In this document: positions 1-9,500 of the stretch, in pieces
Numbering within the stretch: position 1 is the stretch's first letter
How the letters are laid out: each line of letters begins with the position of its first letter
Assembly: GCA_001724265.1 (NCBI GenBank)
Contig: MEDY01000215.1
Coordinates: forward strand, 1-49,606
DNA from: Rhizaria sp. SCN 62-66
Taxonomy: Eukaryota
Direction: 5' to 3'
Length of the DNA: 49,606 nucleotides
The notes under the pieces: model-generated
What the model was told of the DNA's origin: nothing
Seen by the model: only the letters and a program-made list of their open reading frames with translations
The model's database searches: none
Program-made: the position numbers and the translations under genes

Positions 1-2087
1 GCCGCGGCCAGCTCGGCCTCGCTCGGCCGCGCCGCCTCGGCCGCGGCAGCAGCGGCAGAGCTCTCAGCCGCGGCCGCCTCAGCCGCGGCGGCGGCGAGCG
101 GACATGGCAGCCCGCGCGGACGGCTCAGGCGCGCCCAAGTCGACTCGCTGCGGCCGGCCGCGGCGGCGCGCGCCACGGCCAGCGCGGACGCAGCCTGGGC
201 GCTCGCGGCGGAGGCGGCCGCTGGGGACAGCGCGCCCGTGGCGGCCGCGGCGCGCGCAGTCTCGGCGGCGGCGGACGCGGCAGCAACCAAGGCGGCTGCG
301 GCAGCGGCGCGGGCCGCGCGGCGGCGGTTGCGCTCGGCCAGGAAAGACGTCGGCAGCGCGGCTTCGTGCCACGAAGACAGCAGCGAGCGCGCGCCCAGGC
401 TCCGCGGCTCAGGCTCCACATGCGCAGCCACGAAGTGGGCGCTCTGCTATTGCTGTTGCTGTTGTTGTTGCTGTTGTTGTGAGTCCGCAGCGTTGGCCTC
501 GACAAGCGCTGTCGACGCGGAGCCAGGCACGTGCTCGACCAGTGCAGTCTCCGCGGTCTCCGTCAACTGCACAGGCTCTGTTTTGCAATTCGCCTGTAAA
601 ACTGCTACACCATGCGCCGTGCCCTTGCTTGTCTTCGCATGAGCCGTGGCATTGCTGTTCGCATGAACCGTGGCGGCGTTGCCATTGAACCCATCGTAGC
701 GTGGACAGGCTGGGTCAGCCCGCATGCGTCGCAGTCGGTGCGGATCCATGTCGCGCGTGTACGTGTGCGCTACGGCGCGCGCGCGGGCCGGTAGCGACGG
801 CGGCGCAGTGCCAGACGCGGCGGCGACAGAGGACGGCAGCAGCAAGTGCGACTGCGCTAAAGACTGTGGCGAAGACTGAGACTGAGAAGACCGCGGCCGG
901 GACGCACGGCGGGCGGCTGGGGTAGACATATTCGGGGCAGTAGTAGCAGCGGACCCAGGCCTGTGTGCGTGCTTGGTCGTCGCGGAGTGCGCTGACTGCG
1001 TCGTTGACGCTGTTTGTGTTTGTGAAATGAGGGCAGCGCGGAGTAACACGCTGTCCGAGACTGGCCGCGACGGCGCTTGCGGCAGCGCCAACGCCGCGCG
1101 GCTGTGTGCACGCTGCGGCGGTGGCGGCAGCGCAATCCGCAGCAACTGGCGGCCGGGGCCAGTTGTTGCGGATGTGTTTGCGGCGGCAGCGGCGAGACGG
1201 CGGCCAACGCGCGCGGGCTGCAACTGCGGCGCACCGGAGCGGGGCCTGTTGTTACCGTGACCGGTACTTGCGGCTGCACCGCCGCCGTAGCCGAAGTCGT
1301 CGCCGTCGTCGGCAAAGTCCAAAAATGCGTCTAATGCCGCCTCCATGGCCGGATTTGCGCGGTTCGCTGGAGATGCAGTGTGTGACTGTGCAGGCTCTGT
1401 GGCTGCGGGCTCTGTTTCAGCTGATGCTTCTATTGCGGGCTCTGCTGTTTCGGGACTGAATGTGATATTTGCAGCCAAGTCAAAAACACCGCGAGAAGGG
1501 AATGCCTGACGGGGCGGGCTAGCTGAGGCCGGTTGTGGCGCGACAATAGGTGAGGAAATGCGTTCCTCATGTTCACGTTCAGGCTCAAGCAGCGATTGCA
1601 TAAGTGATGGAGATGCTGCAACTGGGATTGATGAAGCGGGAAGGGCGTGAAATAACTTTGGTGCGTCGGATAGCGCAGTTTGGCTTGCGGGCACTGGTTC
1701 GTAGGTTGTGTGCTGTTCTGTGTAAGTCGCTGAAGCAGTCTGCTTGTGCGCACGCGTCTCGTCGAAGTCTTCGAACGCGTCCTCTTCGTCATGCGCTGCA
1801 GCGGGCTGCATAGATGCGGCCAGACCGCCTGTCGCAAACTCGAACGTGGGCAAACGGGGTGTAGCTGAAAACTCATGTTGCACTGGAAACTCAGACGTCT
1901 GGCCGTCGGTGTAGGCGCTTGACTGAGTCTCAAGCAATTGAGCCGGAGGTGTGAAGGTCGAAGCGAGCTGTGGTTGCGGCTGCGCGTAGAAGTCTTGATG
2001 TGTCACGGTATAAAACGGTGCATTGGTTGCGTTCTCAAGCGGGGGTACATCCTCCTCGAACGCAAATGCGTCCGGGTCGAAGTCCAT
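1..2087 (-). CDS. Uncharacterised low-complexity (Ala/Pro/Ser/Gln-rich) protein, 3'-partial, with an in-frame TAG at 447-449 probably read as Gln
   Basis: ATG at 2087 (MDFDPDAFAFEEDV...). The ORF track stops at TAG 447-449, but this TAG lies in a CAA/CAG run (QQQQQQQQQQ*QSAHFVAAHVEPEPRSLG...). The same frame stays open with typical GC/Ala-rich codons for 148 more codons to the window edge. No recognisable domain. Confidence 0.7.
444..479 (-). repeat. CAA/CAG (poly-Gln) microsatellite containing one TAG
   Basis: Minus strand reads CAA CAA CAG CAA CAA CAA CAG CAA CAG CAA TAG CAG. Confidence 0.85.
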
Positions 2088-3289
2088 GCCGGCCAGGCAA
2101 CCTTTTAGCAGTGTTGCTTCGCTCAAGACAAGTGTGAAGCGGCGACTATGAAAATCAGGCATATCAGAAGACACTCGCAAATTGATAAAATATTATATAG
2201 TGACAGGTAACAAAATCATTCTCAAAATACAATATTATAGTGGCATGAGATATTGACGTTTTTGAAGGCTATAGTCGACTGCTTTATTTTGAGCAACCCC
2301 CAACGGTTATTCTCAGACACCGAGCCACAAGTGCAAGCGCAAATTTAGGCAGTATCACGTCTAGTTTCATGTCATCATGTTTCTTGGGCCTAAAAATCAA
2401 ATATAACTTCAAAACTTAAGGGATCTATACAATATTGTCTTCGTGTTTGATTTTATTGAATACAGCATGACTTATGTTTTAAAATATGTGTGTCCTCTCA
2501 AGTTTGTTTTGTTTCAATCGACTGTTTCAGTCAGTTTCACGCTCCAATATGCATTTCATTTTACAATAACTTAAACCTGGGTGTAATATCGTGTCTTGAC
2601 TTAGTATCATGCATTTATAAATATATCAGTAACTGAACCACCGTATGTGACTGTGAGCAAGTTAGAGTAACAGTATGCAACAACTTGAAACACGATGTAC
2701 ATGTATCCTCATGTTAAGCAACAGTATTCAAGCAAACTATTCTTCATCAAATTGAAACTGTAGATATTCCACAAATACAACAACGTCTTATAACGCTGCA
2801 AAGGCACGACAGTGAGACACACCAAAGAGTGAACGGTCGCGCTGTTGCCACGTTGCTGCCTCAGTCGCTGGTGAAGCGCAACTTGAAGCCCGACACGCAA
2901 GCAGGTGATATGCCGTGTACTTTCCGTTAACCAGCGCAGTTCTTTGTGTACAAATTTAATTTTTTGTTTTATACTTCTAACGTAAAAATTTCTTCCAACT
3001 GTGTATGTTCCGCCCTTCATTTGTAAAAGTAGCATCCCAAGCGATTGGGCTTTACGAGGTTGTTCGCCACCCTCGTGTTAAACAAACTTTTCAGCTTTGC
3101 TTAGTCATTGCTGCGTTTTCAAGCATTTCTGCAAGCACTTTCCCCTCCCATTCTACTCCTTGTAGCCCTTTTTTCTTCGCCGTGATCCATCATTGATCTC
3201 GCCGAAGCGTCTCTTCACAACTCACTTTAAGACACTGACAAGTCCACACTTACAAACTAAAACATCAATACTGATAAACAACAGCAACA

Positions 3290-4294
3290 ATGCAAACCTC
3301 TATCTGCAATTCCCTGCTAGCCGTGTTAATTCTTATCGCGGCCCTCACTGCCTCGCTCGCGTCCGCCACCGCGACCGCGGTCCCCGCTGCCGTTGCGCCC
3401 GCACTCGTGCCGACCGCGCCCACCGCCGCAGCAGTCTCCGCTGGCACTGCCTACACGCCCGAGCAGCTGCACGCGTACATCGCGCAGGGCACTCCCGAGC
3501 AGCAGCGCCTGGCCGCGACCGAGCTCGCGCGCCTCGGTCTCCCGCAGCTTCTGCTCTCCGCGACACACAGCGACGAGATGGTGCGCTACGAAGCCGTCAA
3601 CGCGCTCGGCGCGCTGGGCGACCCGCGAGCCGTGCGCGTGCTGCTGCGCGTGGCGCTCACCGACGGCTCACTCTACGCGCGCCACCGCGCCATCTGGGCG
3701 CTGGGCACGGTCGCGGCGCGCGACGCCGCGCTGGCGCGCACTGTGATGTCCGCACTGCAGCAGCTTCATCTGGCGCGCGAGGCGCCCGCGGCGGAGCGGT
3801 GGCGCGCCGTGCTGGCGCTGGGGCTGCTGGGCGACGAGAGCATGGGCCGCCACATCACGACGGTGCTGGCGCAGACCGAGGACGAGGCGACGGCGTGGGA
3901 AGGGCTTAACGCGCTCGCCACGACCCCGAGCGGTGACGCGGCGCAGGCGCTGCCGGCAATCTATCCGTACCTCACGCACGCCGCGCCGCGCGTGGCTGAG
4001 GCCGCGGTGCGCGCGCTGGCCAAGACGGCGGAGCGGCACAACAACAGCGCGCACACCGCCGCGCTCGCAGAGGGCACCGTTGTGGTCGAGGAGACAGAGC
4101 TTGGCCGCATTGCGCGCAAGGCTCTGGCCGCCGCCGCTGCCGTGCACCAGTGCCCGCAGGTGGCGCGCCGCGCGCGGTCGCTGGGCGAGGCGATGAAGGC
4201 GCGCAAGCTGGCGCAGAACGCGGAGCGCTCGGTGCGCCGAGGGGTGCTGCAGGCGGAACACAAGAGCCGCTTCAACCTTAAGTCGGAGCTGTGA
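3290..4294 (+). CDS. HEAT/PBS-lyase-like repeat protein with N-terminal signal peptide and C-terminal KSEL
   Basis: Single-exon 334 aa ORF, TGA stop. Hydrophobic N-terminus LLAVLILIAALTASLA. Repeats such as DEMVRYEAVNALGALGDPRAVRVLLRVA, ARHRAIWALG and RWRAVLALGLLGD resemble PBS-lyase HEAT repeats. Confidence 0.75.
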   Translation: MQTSICNSLLAVLILIAALTASLASATATAVPAAVAPALVPTAPTAAAVSAGTAYTPEQLHAYIAQGTPEQQRLAATELARLGLPQLLLSATHSDEMVRYEAVNALGALGDPRAVRVLLRVALTDGSLYARHRAIWALGTVAARDAALARTVMSALQQLHLAREAPAAERWRAVLALGLLGDESMGRHITTVLAQTEDEATAWEGLNALATTPSGDAAQALPAIYPYLTHAAPRVAEAAVRALAKTAERHNNSAHTAALAEGTVVVEETELGRIARKALAAAAAVHQCPQVARRARSLGEAMKARKLAQNAERSVRRGVLQAEHKSRFNLKSEL

Positions 4295-4848
4295 GCAGGT
4301 CACTTTTAAGTAGCTGCGGGGGAGCAAAATATGTAATCGGTGGGGGTAGATGCGCTGAAGCGGGCCGAAGTCGGCACTGGAAGGGTGACTAGTCACTCAG
4401 TGCCGCATGCTCAGCAAATTAAAAACAAAGCATTTCATTGTGATATCGACAATTATTTGTGGCCTTCAAGTTATCTACGCTTGCTAAACGCTGATTTTCT
4501 GCTTACGCACACTTTTTTGAAAAGTGCTTTTGTGAGCTTAATTCTGGCGATCGCATTTTTTCAAGAATAAAAATCTTTTGATGTTCCTTGGAGCTTGAGA
4601 ATGACCCACGATTATCATGCTCGTGGTGAGGAAAAAATCAAGACTAATACACGCGTATTTTATCGTCAATTGCGAGACAGAAGGCATATTCAAATATTAT
4701 AACTATTTAAGATTTTAGACACAAAATCGTGATTCTTATCATATCAATTTTGTTGAGATATGATCCTGACAGTTCGGTAACTCGGATCTCGAAAACTCAC
4801 TCTACACTTTTCATTATTTTGCTTCGCTCCCTGGTCTCCATGTTCAGA

Positions 4849-6016
4849 ATGTCAAGATCCGCCGAAGCCCACTGTGAGTTTCGTGCGGGCCGTGTTGCTG
4901 TGTCAGGTTAGTTTCTGTCTGCTCGAACATCTCTTCCCTCATGCCCCGCTTGATCGCCCCCGTCCTCATCCCTGACCGTTCACCTCTCTACTTACTTACT
5001 CCCCCGACCCAGCCGACGGTTCCGCGAGCCCCGACCCGCGCCGCGGCACACTCGCGATTGCCGCGGCCGAGAGCGGTGCGGTGATCGTTTCCTGGTCGCT
5101 GCGGCCCTCCGGCGAGCGCGTGTGGAGCGCCACCGTGCCCCGCGGCTCGATCGCGCTGTCGCAACGGCCCGAACACGCCGCCGCGCGCATTCTCGCGCTC
5201 GCCCCCACTGCGCCGACAACTGCTGCGGCCGAGGCCCCGCGCGAGGCGTTCTGGATGCAGGAGCCGGCGAAGAAGGGCGATGACGCCGCCGCGGCCACCG
5301 CCGCCGCTGACGCCGCCCTCGTCGCAGCCTTCAACCTCGTTGCCGGCGTCACCGCTGCAACTGCTGCGCCTGCACCTGCGCCTGCGCCTGCGCCTGCGCC
5401 CACTGCCTCTGCGACTGCGACTATTGCGGCGGCCCCTGTGACCGCGACTGCACCCGTTGCAGCTGCATCGGCACCCGCCCCTGCTGATGCTGCTGCTGCT
5501 GCTGCTTCTCCACCTGTGCCTGCTGTCAATGCCTCTGCTCCTGTCGCCGCCGCGCCCGCCGCCACGCCCGCCGCCGCGCCGACCGCTGCGTCCGCCGCGC
5601 CCGCGCCACTTGACCTGCGCGACGTGCTGTCCCGCCCCGTCGTCTCTGGCCCGCTGTCTCAGCTCTCCGAGGCCGCGACTGCGCCGTTGATGCCGCTCAT
5701 GCCCGCGGGCCAGCAGACTGCGCGCGCGCTCGCGGCGCAGCTGGCGCAGCCCAGCGCGTTCTCCGCCGCTGTTGACGCGCTCGCGGAGATTACCGCGGAC
5801 GCCGACGAGGGCGAGGCGCAGGAGCGGCGCTTCCGCGCGATGCTCGCTTCCGTGGGATTGGGCGCGCATGCCAACTTTACCAGCAACTTTGCGGGGGGCG
5901 CGCAGAACAAGAAGAGTGGGTTTGCGCGGCTGATCGAGGCGATTAAGGCCGATGTTGCGGCTGAGAAACGGAGAGCGGCGGCGGATGGAGCTGCCGCCGA
6001 GGCCGACAAAAAGTGA
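4849..6016 (+). CDS. RPN13: Proteasomal ubiquitin receptor RPN13/ADRM1 (exons 4849-4906, 5013-6016; about 353 aa; alternative ATG at 4840)
   Basis: Spliced product HCEFRAGRVAVS-ADGSASPDPRRGTL...VIVSWSLR...EAFWMQEP matches the Pru domain pattern (FRAG...PD.RKG...W...FFWMQEP). C-terminal region resembles the DEUBAD helices. Intron GTTAGT...CCAG keeps the frame. TGA stop. Confidence 0.85.
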
Positions 6017-6521
6017 GCTCGGTTGTCGAAAGAAGAGTAACTGTGATGGCATTGCAAGACTAGGGCCATGTCTAGACGCACTGTATGCGTCTGCGACAAT
6101 TATTTCGAATGCATAGACTGAAAATAAACTAGTCATATAATATATGTTTTTGAAGAGCACTTAAAGCCGATCAAATAATCCACTTAAAGTGTGATGTTGA
6201 TTGAAAAAGCAATCTCGGCGTAATCATTTTTCGGTCCCCGACCTCACTTCGCCGTGCTCAAACAGGCAACAACGATGATGACGACCGAATCAATTAGTTT
6301 TTTCGTGTACTAGAGTTTCTTTAATGAGCAAAATTATAAATTTATGAATAGCCGAATGCGCATCCTATTTTAATCCGTTCTTCGTTTTGCTCAGGACGGA
6401 CTTCTGACTGTGCTCTCACCTCGTATCCGATTGCTCCTCGTCGCCTTGCTTGACTTTAGCCTCCCCACCCCTTCCGTGGGTTTTCAGCCCTCATCTCAGC
6501 CGTCTCGTGCCGTTTCGCACC

Positions 6522-9500
6522 ATGGACGACGATTTGAGTTCATTCTACGGCATTAGCCTTGCCGCACCCACGGCACAGGGCTCGCCCGCTGCCGGCGCGG
6601 GCCCCGCGTCGCCCGAGGTCGAGTACGAGTACGACATCTCGAGCGCCCGCAAGGTCGCTGCCGCGGCCGCGGCCACTGCTGCGTTCTCTTCCCAGAACAA
6701 GTCTTCCCTGACATCCTCGGCGTTTGTGCCGCTCTCTGCCTCCGCTGCGGCCGCCGCGGCCGCGTCCTCGTCCGCGCACCTGCCGCCCGTGTCGCCCACG
6801 AGCGACTTCGCCCGTTCTGGCGAGGTCGCGGAGGCACGCGCGATGCTCGACCTGGACTCGCAGTACTTCGACTCGGAGGCGTACGTGTCGCACCTTTTTG
6901 CCACACTGCCCATGCAGCCGCTGCTCGACGCGTCGACGCGGCTGTCCACGGCCAAGCGCTCGCTCGACACGGACATGCAGACGCTCGTGTACGAGAACTA
7001 CAACCGGTTCATTTCAGCCACGGACGTGATCCGCACGATGAAGCAGAACGTCGACGCCATGGACGCTGAGATGGCGCGCCTCCAGCAGGCCGTCGCTGCT
7101 ATCCAGTCGGGCTCCGCCAAGGTTAATGCCGCGCTTGCACCGCCCCGCGAGCGCGTCGAGCACTTGCACCACCTCTCGTCTCTGCTGCACAAGCTCAACT
7201 TCCTCATCCGCCTGCCCGCGATGATCCAGACCCACGTCTCCGCTGGCCGCTTCCGCGCCGCTGTGCGTGCCTTTACGCTTGCCGCACCGCTGCTGCGCCG
7301 CTACAGCTCCGTCCCGTCGTTCTCTCGCATCCTGTCTCAGACGGAGCAGATCGTCGCCAACATGGTTACCACTCTCCAGGCGGTCGTCACCGCAGACGCC
7401 GCCGCCGCCTCGGCTGCGGGCCCCGGCGCGCGCCAGTCGCGCCGCCAGCTGCGCCAGCAGTTCGAGGCGCGTCTCGACTACGTCTGGATGCTCGCCGAGC
7501 TCGGCCAGGACGCTGTGCCTCTGTTGGAGGCTCTGCTGCGCCGCCAGGAGGAGCCGTTGCGCAACACGCTCACCGCCGCCGTCGCCGCTGCCAACGCCGC
7601 TGCCGCCGCGCCGCGCTCCGCCGCCGTTGTCGCCGCCGCCGCCGCCGCGGGCGCGCGCGCTGGCCCCGCCGCCGCCGCCGCGAAAGGCGCTGGGGGCGCT
7701 GCCCACGGTCACGCCAGCGGCGCTGAGGTCAGCTTGATCGAAGAGGACGACGACGAGGACGACGACTGCCCCATGGACGACGACGACGACGATGATGATG
7801 ATGATAACGCCGCGCCGTCGGCCGCCGCCGCTGACCCTACCGCCGCCGCCGCCGCCGCCGTCGCCGCTTCTGGTGCCGCCTCATCTGCCGCCGGTGCTCT
7901 GGGCAGCCCCTCCAAGGGCCCGCGCTCGGTCAGTGGCGCCGCGGCGGGCTCAGCGTCCTCCGCGAGCGACCCCACGCACCGTGACAGCGCGGTGGGCGCC
8001 GGCGCGGGCGCTACAGTGCGCCGCACGGGGTTCTGGCGCGTCACGCACCGCGCGTTCCTGCGCCGCGTGGGACGCATGGTCGACTCGGTCGAAGCGCGGT
8101 TGTTGCAGCCACTGCGCAAGGCCGTGCAGCGCCACCGCCGCGAGGGCGCCGCCGCCGCGGCCGCCACGCCCATCCGCGCCGCCAAGCCCGCGAACAGCAA
8201 GGCGGCCTCCGGTGCAGTGGCCAACAAGCCCGCTTCCGCTCCGAGTGCGACGTCTGCGTCGGTGTCGCAGGTGGTCGAGCGCATGCTGGCCATGGACGTC
8301 AACGCGCTCGAGCGTACGCTCACGGTCTGCGAGGCGCTTCTGGCGACCACGATCGACACCGTGATGGAGCCCTACGTCGCCGCCGCGGCCACCGAGCTCA
8401 AGCAGACCGCCGCGCTGCACCGTGTCGCCGCCGCCACACTCGCCCGCGCGCGTGCCCGCGCCACCGCGGCCGCCGTCGCTGCCGTCGCCGCGGCCTCCAC
8501 CCCGGGCGCCGCAGCCGCAGCCGCAGCCGCAGTCACCGCGGTCGGCGGCGTCGGCGGCGACCTCAGCGCGGCGTCGCAGACCTTCGCAGCCGCGGCCGTG
8601 GCCGTCGCCGCCGTCGAGTCCGCGACCTCGCCCGCGGGCGGCGTGCTGGCGTCTTCGGCCGCGTCGGCCGCCGCCTCGGCCGCCGCTGCGTCCGCCGCCG
8701 CGCGCGCTGCCGCGAGCCAGCCGCCGCCGCCGCTGGGCGCCTGGGCGCGCGCGCTGTCCCGCTCGCCGCTGCTGCTGCCCGACGCCGCGGTGGGCGAAGG
8801 CACACGCTTCAAGTCACTCTTCTCGGCCGTCACGACGGATTTCCTTGACGCGCTGCACACGCACTTCCGCGCCCCCATCGTCGCGCTCGCCGCTGTCGTG
8901 CCCGGCTGCGCGTTCCCGTCCTCCGCCGCCGCCGCGGCCGCCGCCGCCGTGGCCGCCGCGACGGACGCGGCCGCCGTGCTGGCGAGCTGGGGCCTGGTGG
9001 CCGTCTGCGAGGCCGCGCACGGCGCTGTTGCCGCGTCCGATGCTTACGCCACGCCGCGCCGCGCCGCCGCTGCGCTCGTCGACGCCGCGGGCATGCCGAT
9101 GTGGAAGAAGCAGCTCCGCCCGCGCGCGCCTCCCGCCGCCGCTGCCGACGCCAACGCCGGCGCGAATGGGAAGGCGCTTGTGCCTTCCGCTGCGTCGCGC
9201 TCCAACAGCTTCAAGGGCTCCGCACGCGACGGTGTCCCGCGCAACCCATTCGACGACAGCGCGGGCGACGCCGATGCTGAGCCGGAGCCCGGGAGCAACC
9301 CGTTCGACACGCCGCTCTCACCCGACAACGCCGTGATGCCTGGTAACCCGTTCGACACGCCGCGCGCGGACGGCCCCGGCGGCGCGCGCGGCTTTGGCGA
9401 TTCCTCGTCCTCGTCATCCTCGTCCTCTGTCATTGGTAGCGTGAACGACGACGACGACGACGAAGAGGAGGAGCGCGGGCTCACCGGCACAGGCGCCCTG

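Noticed and set aside
2088-2180. Upstream non-ATG extensions in the ORF track (also 6450, 35272, 46016, 40355, 44484, 27853, 30706, 37408)
   Set aside because: These run through UTRs or introns. Spliced ATG-initiated models fit homology and base composition better.
4873-4880. GTGAGT possible donor in RPN13 exon 1
   Set aside because: It is frame-compatible but would delete the conserved EFRAG motif. The GTTAGT donor at 4907 keeps it.
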